Origin: Camelus dromedarius
Lineage: Eukaryota
Direction of reading: 5' to 3'
DNA: 64,000 nt
Assembly (NCBI RefSeq): GCF_036321535.1
Contig: NC_087459.1
Location: 7,564,001 to 7,628,000, forward strand
This document shows positions 39,085-49,743 of this stretch, piece after piece. A program made the translations under genes and the position numbers. Under the pieces are notes generated by a model, which saw only the letters and a program-made list of their open reading frames with translations, was not told the DNA's origin and did not search any database. Position 1 is the stretch's first letter. The number at the start of each line of letters is the position of its first letter.

Positions 39085-39569
39085 TGTCGACTGAAATAAA
39101 GGCACAACCTAAAAGTTGAGAGTTACGTTTATTTGGTGGACATTTCTGAGGACTTGAACCCCTTCAAGCCCAGGGTGACAGCCTCTCAGATTGCTGAGGG
39201 ACTGGTCTGCAGAGGCAGGGGAGGAGCCAGGATATATAGGAGCTTTACAACCAAGACCAGGTAGTCAGAACATTAAAAGATTACTGTTAACTAAAGAAAA
39301 CCAGACATCTCAAGTTAAAGAATTGAGTACTTTTCTATGTGTGGGAAGGCACAAACATCTAGGCTCGTTGAAATCATTCCTTTGATATGCACCGTAGCTA
39401 TCTAGGGCCAGTGTCTTGTTCTTTGACGTCCTTCAGGGGGCACCACTGGGGGTGGCAGTAGAAGCCAAGCTGCTTGCTTGTCTATATCCTGAGTTGGCAG
39501 TAATGGCTGATGACTTGATGGCCACAGCATTCTTTGTTTACTGATACGGCTTGCAGTATTTTTTGTTCA
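39085..39569 (-). mobile_element. Solo ERV LTR (probably ERV1 class, family not assigned)
   Basis: TG...CA termini. On the minus strand, TATATAT (39238-39232) is followed about 100 nt later by AATAAA (39133-39128), the U3-R-U5 order. AT-rich relative to its flanks. No clean TSD. Confidence 0.65.
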
Positions 39570-40329
39570 TACCTACTTCCACCACTTCCACCCTGCTTTT
39601 ACTTGTATGGGTTCCCAGAGGCCAATAAGTTTGGTGGTGGTTGCCCCTGGGGCAGCCCCTACTTGGGCCTCCCTCAGCATCCTCAGACTGCAGTGCAGGA
39701 CCCCAAGAGGAGGGCAGGACCTCCAAAGGAAAGCCACTTAAGACCAGCAGGAAGGGTGTTCCTGGCACGTGATGGAGCAAAAGGCAGGCAGGCAGGCAGC
39801 AGGAGGAGAGGCAAGAGAACAGGCCACTCTTTAGAGGCTAGCTCTTCCTCTGCCGTGGAGGGGGTTGGGGGGACTCCCAGCGCATTATTTACCTTAAAGA
39901 GTAAGGCTCCTCGTGGTGGTGTTTTCCTGGAAGGTTGGAGGTCAGGTTCAGACTTGGGGCAAATGGACTAGCCCAGTGGCAAAGAGAGCCCTTCCATCAT
40001 CCAAAGTTGGTAGGGACCTGGGCAGCCTGGGAGCTGGCCCCTCCCTCTTAGGCCTGGGTACCAGCAGTTTCAGATGCAGGTCTGCAGCATCCTGGGCAGC
40101 CCCAAGAGCCAGTTCAGCATCCAGCTGAAACTGGCTCCATGACCTAGTCTGCAGAGTACTCATTTCTAAGGAGTTCACTGACCGGGCTCTGGGGTACTGG
40201 GATGGAACTAGCAAGGGGGTACTGTCTCCCGTGAAGGTGGAGAGGGGTGAGGGGGCAGGAGACCCTTCCTGCGAGGTCAGAGCCTTGGTAGCAACCCTTG
40301 GATTGGTAAATGTGAGAGGGCGAGGCCCT

Positions 40330-42450
40330 TCAGCACCACCGGCCCCTTTTACTAAGGCTGTGGGAGGCCACTCGCCCGGGTATCCATAGCTCTGCGGGAG
40401 GCGCGCAGTTGGGGAGCTCAGTGCCCTGGCCTAGGCTCCCCCGGGTCACGTGGGACACAAGCTCAGAGCTGCGCGTGTTCGAGTTGGCCGCCGAAAGAAG
40501 GAAGTCTATCGAAGCTCTGGGCCGCCGGTCCTTCGCCTCCCGGCGGGTTTGGCGAAAGAATTCGAGCTGCCCTCGGGGACCGCCGGGCCCACGGCCAACT
40601 CGCGGGGGCGGCCTCGGGCGGGGACTCGGAGCCTCGTCCCGGCGCTTGCCTCCAGGGAAATGTCCCCTCTCCGACCCCACCGCCCCCACCAGGGCGGCAC
40701 ACCCCGCCCCCTTCCCTCCTCTGCGGGCGCACCCACCTCCTCCACTCCAGGCGCCCGAAGTGGCCTCCGCCTCCGCCAGACCACCCAGGACCGCCCCGCC
40801 GGGCGGCCTCTGTGCCCCCACCCCCCGGGTCACGCCCGGAAAGCCTCGGGCCCCCGCGTCCGGCCACGCCATCCGCTGGGCCGCCCCGGGGACTCCACAG
40901 CTAGGGTCAGCCTAGGCCCCGCCCAGCGCTCCCGCCCCCTCTGGCTGCCCTGGCTCATGGAGCCGCGACTCCGCTGCTCTTTCCACGCTCGTGCGGAGAC
41001 CGGATCGGGGTCCTGGGATCGCCCAGCTCTGAGTCGTGGCCCCTGGGTGCGCGTTACCTGGACGTGCGCGGCCTGCTGACTGGCGCGCTGGAGGCTCCTG
41101 CACGTCGCGCCTGCCCTGTGGGCGGCGAGCCGGGCTTATGAAACTACGCGCCGAGCCGGCCCACTCTGGGCCGCAGGCTGGCAGTAGTTGACCCCGGCGC
41201 CTCTGGGCTGCGGGCAAGACGTCGGGGCTCAAGGCAGCCTGGTGGGGAGGCTCTTGAGGACCCGCCTCCCTACGCAGCGGGCTGCCAGAGGCCGAGTGAT
41301 GGGACCGGGGGCGGGACGCACAGGAGAGAGCGCGCAGCTGAGAACCCCGGCAGGCACAAGGCACTCCGGAGCTCCCACCGCTCTCCGTCCCTGCCCCCTT
41401 TTTCCTTCCCGCCCCTCCTGGAAGAGGGGCCCTCGGCTTGATGCACAGCCGGGACTCGGGTCCTCTGCTGCTGGGCGCGCCGGCCCCACGTGGTGCGGCG
41501 CCGGGCTGGGCGGGCGGGGGCGCCGCGGAATCGCGGCGCTTTCTTTAAGGTGGGGGGAAGGGCGGGGGCGACCAAGCTCCGCCCCCGGGGGCAGTGAGGT
41601 GCGCGCCGGCGAATTGGGAGCCGGGAGGGGGGCGGAGCCTTGCGGCCGCCGCTTAAAGAAACTTGTTGCGGGTCGCCCCGCGGGGACTGAGCTCCAGCAG
41701 CGGCGGCGACGGCGGCAGCGGCGGGAAGAGGGCCGGGGTCGAGCGGCGGCAGGACGCAGGTCGGGCCACCGCGCGGCGTAGTCTTGTCCCAGAGCGGCTG
41801 CAGCGCAGCCGGGCATCGGACCCAGTACACGTCCCTGGTGCGCGCTTCCCAGCGCGCGGCCCCGATGCTGGACATGAGCGAGGCCCGCGCCCAGCCGCCC
41901 TGCAGCCCGTCTGGCACTGCCAGCTCCATGTCGCACGTGGAGGACTCGGACTCCGACGCGCCGCCGTCGCCCACCGGCTCCGAGGGTCTGGGCCGCGCGG
42001 CGGGCGCTGGGGGCGGCAGCCGGGGCGACGCGGCGGAGGCGGCGGATGAGCGCTTCCCCGCCTGCATCCGCGACGCCGTGTCGCAGGTGCTCAAGGGCTA
42101 CGACTGGAGCCTAGTGCCCATGCCAGTGCGCGGCGGCGGCGGTGGCACTCTCAAGGCCAAGCCGCACGTGAAGCGGCCCATGAACGCCTTCATGGTGTGG
42201 GCGCAGGCGGCTCGCCGCAAGCTGGCGGATCAGTACCCGCACCTGCACAATGCCGAACTCAGCAAGACGCTGGGCAAGCTGTGGCGGTGAGTGCACTCCC
42301 GAGGCCAGGGGCGGGGAGTGGGTCCTGGGGTGCGCGGTGCTGGGACGTGGCGCAGCGCCCGGCCTCGGCCCTGCTCCCAGTGGCTGTTCCTAGGGCGAGT
42401 CCTAGTGGAAAAACCCGATCTGGCCAGGCGGGACGATCGCGGGGTACTGG
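40330..42450. promoter_or_regulatory. SOX8 CpG island, probably a bidirectional promoter
   Basis: Very CpG-rich. TATA-like TTAAAG at 41653, GC box GGGGCGGAG near 41629-41637, reverse CCAAT at 41613-41617, palindromic E-box CCACGTGG at 41486-41493, and GGTCACGTGG near 40444. Confidence 0.88.
41865..42286 (+). CDS. SOX8: SOX8 coding exon 1 (422 nt; dimerisation domain and first part of the HMG box)
   Basis: [31 protein letters not shown]...[26 protein letters not shown]...[43 protein letters not shown]. Donor CG|GTGAGT at 42286/42287. Confidence 0.98.
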
Positions 42451-43465
42451 GCGGTCTGGGCAGGCAGAGGGGAGTGGGAACGGTGTGCAGCCCCCAGCAT
42501 ATCCCCCAAGTCCAGGAACAGCCTACTCTAGACCAAGCTTGGCAGGCAGAATTGGAGACCCCAGCTGTGAGTGGTCCCAGAGCCCGGAGGCCTGTCTTCC
42601 CGCAGAGAGGTGGCTTCTGTTTGGAAGCAGGACACAGCTCTCCCTCTACTCTGCCACCCCTGCACCCTCAGCAGGGAAGGAGGGGGATGGCGGAGTGTCC
42701 AGCACTTGTGGACACTTTGGCATGATGAGACTGGCCATTTTGCAGGATCTAGGGCAGCAGTAGTGATAGGGTTGCTGCTCTGGACAGCTGGTCCCTACCA
42801 AACACTTGGATTTAAAAGGCACAGCTCTTGAGTTCAGGGTCCTGGTCCCTGTTCCCTGCTCCTCACCTCATGAGTGGGCTCTCAGAGCTTCTGTGAATGA
42901 CTTCAATGCTCCTGTCTTTGTCCAGAGTGGGTGTTGCGGATCGTGGCAGCCCCATGCCTCTGTACCCCTATACCCTGTCTCACAGGCAGTTAGAGGTGAG
43001 CTTCTGGAAGGCTATGAGGGGCCAGTGTGTGTTTTGAGCCTCAGTGAGGACTGCTGGGTTTTGCCAGTGTTTCTGGAGGTCTGGGAAGCCCAGCTGCCAC
43101 AGAGTCCCAGCTTGGTTCCTGGGAGCCTCACTTTGTCCACAGGGTATTCTCAGCTAAGTCCTGGCCTCTTTCCCTGCCTGCCTTAGAAAGTCCCAAAGGG
43201 AGAGGACAAACACAGGCTCACAAAGGAGGGAAGTAAGAGGAGGAAGAAAAAAGTGGGAAGGTTAGGGTCTTGTTCTGGTTTGTTCCTCTGACCTCACTGA
43301 ATGGCCCCCGTGGCTTGAGTCCTCCAGTCCTTCGAGATGGGGAACGCCTGTCTGATGACCGTCGAGGCTCCCTGGTCCTCCCCAACACCTCACCTAGTGC
43401 ACAGGCCAGCCCCCTGGAGCATCTCAGGCCCCCTTGCCACCCTGCTTTTGCCCTTCCCCCTGCAG

Positions 43466-43695
43466 CTTGCTGAGTGAGAGTGAGAAGCGCCCATTTGTGG
43501 AGGAGGCAGAGCGGCTGCGGGTCCAGCACAAGAAGGACCACCCAGATTACAAGTACCAGCCGCGCCGGAGGAAGAGCGTGAAGACTGGCCAGAGCGACTC
43601 AGACTCGGGCGCTGAGCTGGGCCACCACCCTGGTGGTGCTGTGTATAAGACTGATGCCGGCCTTGGTGACACACACCACCACGGTGACCACACAG
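43466..43695 (+). CDS. SOX8: SOX8 coding exon 2 (230 nt; second part of the HMG box)
   Basis: Acceptor cccttccccctgcag|C at 43465/43466; [37 protein letters not shown]...HHHGDHT; donor G|GTGAGC at 43695/43696. Phases are consistent with exons 1 and 3. Confidence 0.98.
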
Positions 43696-44400
43696 GTGAG
43701 CTCCTGTGGGTGGGGAGCAAGGGCTCACTCCCAGGGAAGATCCCCTCGAGAGAGCCAAACCTTCCCCATGTGCCCCGAAAAAGCCCCCATAACCCTGAGA
43801 GGCAGTCGTTTCTGACGCCCACAGGGGTCTCTTTAGCCTCCTCTGAGAATGAGGGTCTGATAGCTTTCCTTGGTCCATAGTCCTGTGACCTGGGTGTTTT
43901 TGTCCTTCTTCTTGAAGATGTTTCTGCTCTCCTCGCCTTTTTGCTGGTTCTGACCTAGGACTCACTCATGCCACCAGCAAGGTGGTCAGCAGCGCAGTTT
44001 CAGGGTCAGACTGACCAGGGTGGAGTCCTGGCCAGCCGAGTAGTCTCAGTCAAGCTGGCTAAAGCCATGGACCTGGGGAGACAGGTTTTGTGTGGATAGC
44101 GTTGCTGCTGGAGACGCAGGGCTTGGCACTTCCTCTCCTTTCCCCTACCTTGGTCTTCATGATCGGGCCTCCTGGGCCCCAGGTCCTCCCCTAGAACAGC
44201 GCTTAACGGAATTTCCTTGGACGAGGAGTGAGGTCTGGGTCTGGCTTTGCTGGAATTTCTGGGAGACATGCGGGAACAAAAAGCCGTTGATTCCTACCTG
44301 CGGCAGTTAGCGGGGCTGGTTTTCCTCCTGTGTGCATGTTGCCAGCCCCGCCGCCCCCCACAGAAGGGGCATTCATCCCTGAAATGTGCTCTGTCCCCAG

Positions 44401-45140
44401 GGCAGACCCACGGGCCGCCCACCCCGCCCACAACCCCCAAGACGGACCTGCACCACGGGGGCAAGCAGGAGCTGAAGCTGGAAGGGCGCCGCCTGGCGGA
44501 CAGCGGACGCCAGAACATCGACTTCAGCAACGTGGACATCTCTGAGCTGAGCAGTGAGGTCATCGGAAACATGGACACCTTTGACGTCCATGAGTTTGAC
44601 CAGTACCTGCCCCTCAATGGCCACTCGGCCCTGCCCTCAGAGCCAGGCCAGCCTGCGGCCACTGGTTCCTATGGAGGTACCTCCTATTCGCACTCCGGGG
44701 CGGCTGGCGTCGGGTCGTCCCCCGTTTGGGCCCACAAGGGAGCCCCGTCGGCCTCGGCGTCACCCACTGAGGCGGGCCCCCCGAGACCGCACATCAAGAC
44801 GGAGCAGCTGAGCCCCAGCCACTACGGCGACCAGTCGCATGGCTCTCCAGGGCGCACTGACTACGGCTCCTACAGTGCCCAGGCCAGCGTCACCACGGCC
44901 ACGCCTGCTGCGGCTGCCAGCTCCTTTACCAGTTCGCAGTGCGACTACACTGACCTGCAGGCCCCCAACTACTACAGCCCATACCCCAGCTACCCGTCTA
45001 GCCTCTACCAGTACCCCTACTTCCACTCGCCCCGCCGGCCCTATGCCTCGCCCCTGCTGGGTGGCCTCTCCGTGCCACCTGCCCACAGCCCCCCCAGTAA
45101 CTGGGACCAGCCCGTGTACACCACCCTGACCAGACCCTGA
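44401..45140 (+). CDS. SOX8: SOX8 coding exon 3 (740 nt incl. TGA; K2/TAM and C-terminal region ending WDQPVYTTLTRP)
   Basis: Acceptor ctgtccccag|GG at 44400/44401; QTHGPPTPPTTPKT...NIDFSNVDISELSSEVIGNMDTFDVHEFDQYLP...IKTEQ...WDQPVYTTLTRP*. Total CDS 1392 nt = 463 aa plus stop. Confidence 0.98.
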
Positions 45141-46675
45141 GGGCACACAGCCGCGCGGAGGGATCAGCTTCTGGGGAGGACAACCTTTATCTCAGCAAAG
45201 ACAGAGCCTCCCTCTGAGGGCTTCCAGAAGGTGTGCGAGGCGAGGGGAGGAGAGGTGGCGCCTACGTGTGCCACGGCTCCATCAAGTGCCTGCTGGAGTC
45301 TGCGGGAAGCCATGCTTTGTAAACGACTCCCCTCCGCTTCCAGATTTCCAAACTCTTATCCACGGACAAAGCCCTCTTTCCCTTCTCTCTCTTTGTGGCA
45401 ACTGCACCTCTGAAGGACAGCCGTTGGGTCCCTCTCTGAGCAGACCCAGCTTCTGGGTTTTGCATCCCAGTGGATGCAAAGCGGCAGCCACAGCACAAAG
45501 GACAAAAGGAGGGAAGAGGCGTGAGGTCTCCAGGTCGCCCGAGTTCTGAGGTCCCAGCCAGCCTTGGCACTGAGAACTCCCCAGGACTAACAACCTGCAT
45601 TCCCGTGGCGAATCGGCAGCCACAGCCCAGCGGGGATACAGGGATGCGTCCGCAGGAGCACCTCTTGGGACCAGCCTGTTAGACCTGAGGTGTTCCTTAT
45701 AGTTAGGGTTCTTCCGAGCAAGGTTTGGCTGTGATTAACATTTCTTTTTATTTTATTTTTTTAATTTTTATTTTTGAAGCTTAAATGTGTTTGATTTGTT
45801 TGGGAAGCCATTAAAATGTATTTATGTTCTGTATTATTTTATCTTTAATTAATGAAGTAATCTGTGCAGAGAGTAGAATTTAAGACAAAACGGAAGCCAG
45901 AGGGCCTAGGGTGAGGGGGCTGGGGCCGGTGTGGGGCCGGTGAGGGTGGAGGCCCTGACTCTGGGTGTTTTAGAGGCTGGCTGCTGGAAGATGTCAGGGA
46001 GAGCCCTAGCTCTAGGCCCCCAGGTGGTGGCCAGGACCCCAAGGCAGAAGAAGGGATTTGTCTTATGGTGTCTCTGATCAGGCTGGGGTGCCCTGGCACC
46101 CAGCATTAAGTCAAGGCTTAGAAGGCAGGGCACCATTGAATTTCATCCCTGCCCACAACCAACTGTGCCAAGTGGTGGAGGCGGGAATTTCCTGGGACGT
46201 GGTGGCTTCAGAAACGCATTAATCTCGGCTCTTAGGAACCAGGCGCCACCTACAAGCTGTGAAACTAAAACCTTCTCCACTAAGCGTTTTTAGAGTCTTA
46301 GTTTTAGAAGAATAATACCTGATTTACCTGTCCTGCTTCCGCTGTTTGCTGAGCAACGATAACTGCCTACTTCCTGGAAACTTGTGCCTTTAAAACTTTG
46401 TAAATTTAAGTACATCTCAGAAGTTGCTTCTTTTTACTTTTTCTACTTTTTCCTACCTTTTTCTAGAAAAAAAATTTTTTTTTTTGGTGTATCTCTTCCT
46501 GGGGGTGGGGGCAGGGAACTGCAGCAAACTCATTTTTATGCAATCTATTTTTCAGTGTTGAGTTTGGACTTTCGCTGTCACTTACCTGCTGTGTTTCGCT
46601 ACTTTCTGACCAAGCAACGCTAACTTTTGTACAGATCAATTTGATAAAATTAAAAAATACATTTTATCTACATGG
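45141..46675 (+). other. SOX8: SOX8 3'UTR with distal poly(A) signal ATTAAA at 46649-46654
   Basis: Follows the stop codon. U-rich blocks at 45740-45860 and 46420-46550; ATTAAA is followed by a GU-rich tract (gtggcatgtgttgctttctg). The exact 3' end is inferred. Confidence 0.7.
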
Positions 46676-49484
46676 GCTGCGTGGCATGTGTTGCTTTCTG
46701 TAAGCCTGGGGAATGCGGGTCTCTGAGACTGTGGGGTTTTGTTTTGAAGGGGCTTGGCCAAAGCAGGAGTGAGCTCTTCGAGGGTTAACCCCAGGCTCCC
46801 CGGGGAGGGTATGGGGTGGGGGGATGCGGCCAGACCACCCTCCCTCTCCTGTGCTGTATCTGAATTTGAACAGGACAGATCTCAGAAGCCAGCGCTGCGT
46901 CTTCCTTCCCCTGGGCCTCCTCAGTAGGCAAAACGGGTCCAGATGGGCCAGATTCGGGGCCGCGGTTTCCTCCCAGGCGAATCCCAGAGCTGGTTTCTGG
47001 GTGGCTGACGGCATTTTTCGGGCGCTGGCTCAGGGCCAGGCTGGGAGCTGGATAAAAGCCGCCCTGCAGGCACCGGGCAGGGCTGTCTGGTTGGTGGAAA
47101 GGGTTTCTAGGGAGAAACGGTTGTGGGAGCAACAGCAAGTAGGGGCAGCCTTGCTCCCCGGCTGGGCCTCCCCAGCACACGTGGCCGGTTCGGGGGCTTC
47201 ACGGGCCTGGAGGGTGGTGCCCACCTCTGAGCTGTGCAGATGCATCTGGGGGTGAGAGGAAGATTATGCTTCTCATGAGAACCCAGATATGCCAGGCAGC
47301 TGCCTCTGCAATCTTAATGGGGTGGCCCCGGTAGGGGGGCATGCACCCCGTCCCCTTGCCTGCCCAGCCGCCTGCGTGGCTGCAGTCCAGGGCGCGTCCC
47401 TCGTCCCGCGCTGGGGAGCCATGACCAGGGCCTGCCAAGAGCAGTGTTTGGAAAGAGCTGCCCGGATTTATGAGGGTTCGTGAGGCCAGTGTGTGCCAAG
47501 CATCCCGGGTGAGGCGGGCCTGGGAGGGGGCTGCAGAAAGCCGGACTCATGGATGCCCGCAGCCTTTGCAGCCCGCCGCCTGCGTGGAACCAGCCCAGCC
47601 TGTCCTGCATCCAGCCAAGGGCTGTCCAGGTCCATATGGCCCTCTGAATTCTCACATTGACACCCCAAACCAAGGAAAGCCCCCGGCGTCTAGCTTGCTG
47701 ACAGAGGGAGCAAGGCCTCCCTTTGCTGCTCTGGGATCTCTCAGGCCTTGCCAGGTTCCCGAGGGCTGGCAGCTCTGCCAGTGTTGTTTGGACTTGGAGG
47801 GGCTCCTGCGTGTTAACTCCCGGGGGCCCGGTCTTCTTCCTACTGACCCACCCTGTGTAAGAGCCCCTATAGCCCTGGGTCCTGGGTGAGATTTGCGTGG
47901 GTTTCTTACATCTGAGCTTTTGAAGCCCCAAGGGAGAGGAAGGACGGCTACACCCATGCCTGGGCCAAGGGCACAGAGATGCCATGCCCCACACTTTGCC
48001 CCTCCAGGGCCCTCCCATCTCTGGAGGTTGTGTTGGTGTCCTTCCCTTTGGGAGCATTTCGGGCATTGTGGACTGACCCCATGGCCAAGAGCCCTGGGAG
48101 TTGTGGAGTCTCTGTCTCCCCAAATGCTGAATGCCCTGGTTACACTTTGAGAAGGGAGCCAGGGGTGGATGCCCCAGGGGTTAGGGCGGCTGGGATGGGT
48201 CCCTGGGCTGCCCCGGTCTTCAGGTTGGCGAGGGTTTTTCCAGCAAGCTCCCAGCTGACAACGTTACTCACAAGATTGGCCTTGCCCCGCCTTGCCCCAA
48301 GTCCAAGGGAGCATTTGCTCAAGCTTGTTCAGAGTCCCGTTCTCACTGAGACCATTCTATCTGCCCATCCCAGGGACAGGCTGGCAGGAAAAGTTCCTCA
48401 TTTTTCATTTCCTCACCCAGAACAGAGCACGTTGCCTCTGATCTCTCCTGTTCACGGAGAGAAAGGAAATGGCATTCAAGATCCAGGCCTGCTCCGATGC
48501 ATCGGAAAAGCCCCTCGGTTCACAATCAGTCTTCCTGGGATATCAGCTTTCAGAAGTGGATTTTCTGTCTGGATGTGCGTTCACGGCTGGTGTGGCTGTC
48601 GGCTCCAGAGAGGGCCTATGTCCTCTGAGCAGCTGCCTGGGGGAGGCCCGTAGCCCTGCTCACCAGGCCTGTCCCAGGGGTCAGATTCAGGACCCACCCA
48701 GCTTGCTGTGACTATGGGCCGTATTTATCGGGACAGCACCCAGGCTGGGCATCACAGACTTGGGGTTCTGGCCTGGTGTGGAACTCAATCTTTCCTCCCC
48801 AAAGTCCAGCCTGACCCAGGACTGAGGGTCTCTGTGGATGCCATCTCTGGCCCACCAGGTTTGCAGGGGCTATGGTCCCCGGCATTGGGCAAGCCTGGGG
48901 GATGTGTTTCTGGGTGGTGACTTGATGGCCACTGGACAGTAGGCAAGCCCTCACACCATGTGTGGATGGCCTCCTTGGGCATAATCCAACAGGCTTCATG
49001 GAGAACCCATGCTGACCAGGACTCTGGAGGCCACAGAGCAAGCAGTACCAAATCCCCTACTCTCACCCTAGGGCCAGTGTAGACCCCAAGACAGGAGAGT
49101 TGGGCTGCCTTGCCTGGCACTTGGGACAAGGAATCATTCTCAAAGAAGGAAACTTGTAACCATATGATGCCCTCAACTACAATCACTGTGGCCCCCCTGG
49201 CCCAGACACTGCTCCTCCTGGAGGGAGCAGATCTGCAGACATCTTTCCAGGATGGGGCTGCGGGAGGCTTCCAAGGGGACAAGTCAAAGAGGGGAGGAGC
49301 AAAATGGGGAGACGCACCTAGGGTTCGGGCCCCACCTTCAAGTGAGGAACATCCTGGAGGAGAGAGTGGGGCCGAGGCCTGACCCTGAGAGCCTGGTGCT
49401 GCCTCGCTGGCCCCAGCCATGTGCCTGGGCATCTGGGCTCTGAGCACTGCCCCGTCTTCTGCTTCTTCTGGCTGGCATTGAGGC

Positions 49485-49575
49485 AACTGGCCTCCCTCTG
49501 GGAGCCTCAGTTTCTCCACCTGTAAGATGGAAATAACCCCCTGGGGTGTTGGGGGTACTCAGTGAGATAAGGACC
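49485..49575 (+). mobile_element. MIR fragment (similar remnants near 50020, 52360-52480, 57200 and 60280-60350)
   Basis: ctctgggagcctcagtttctccacctgtaagatggaaataa is the MIR core. Confidence 0.7.
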
Positions 49576-49602
49576 TGTCTGTGACCGAGTATTTGCACAG
49601 CA

Positions 49603-49743
49603 GGGGAGGGTATGGCTCATGATAGCTTAGCAAGCATAAGGTCCTGGGTTCAATCCCCAGTACCTCTGTTAAAAAAATAAATAAATAAACCTAATTACCT
49701 CCCCTCAAAAATTAAAAAAAAATTAAAAAGAAAATGGTTAGCA
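49603..49743 (+). mobile_element. Camelid SINE (Vic-1-like) with a deletion around the A box
   Basis: Same body and tail as the copy at 20216 (gtcctgggttcaatccccagtacctc...taaataaacctaattacct). A 14-bp TSD gagtatttgcacag lies at 49587-49600 and 49744-49757. Confidence 0.9.

Larger units (their letters stand above)
35770..41500 (-). ncRNA. CEROX1: Candidate CEROX1 orthologue (divergent two-exon lncRNA); exon boundaries inferred
   Basis: Position matches the human/mouse lncRNA that shares the SOX8 promoter (recalled). Minus-strand donor CAG|GTAACG at 41058/41057; no ATG seen in 41058-41500 on the minus strand; acceptor gtttcttatccttccatgcag|A at 37024/37023; AATAAA on the minus strand at 36329-36324 and 35796-35791. 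No sequence homology could be checked. Confidence 0.45.

Noticed and set aside
41581-41594. CTCF-like motif in the SOX8 promoter
   Set aside because: Mismatches at key positions of the core; cannot be supported without a PWM scan.
41188-42290. Several 128-274 aa overlapping ORFs on both strands around SOX8 exon 1
   Set aside because: Alternative frames of a GC-rich island. Only the frame from 41865 encodes SOX8.
44247-44400. N-terminal part of the 297-aa ORF upstream of SOX8 exon 3
   Set aside because: Intronic read-through; the exon starts at the acceptor 44400/44401.
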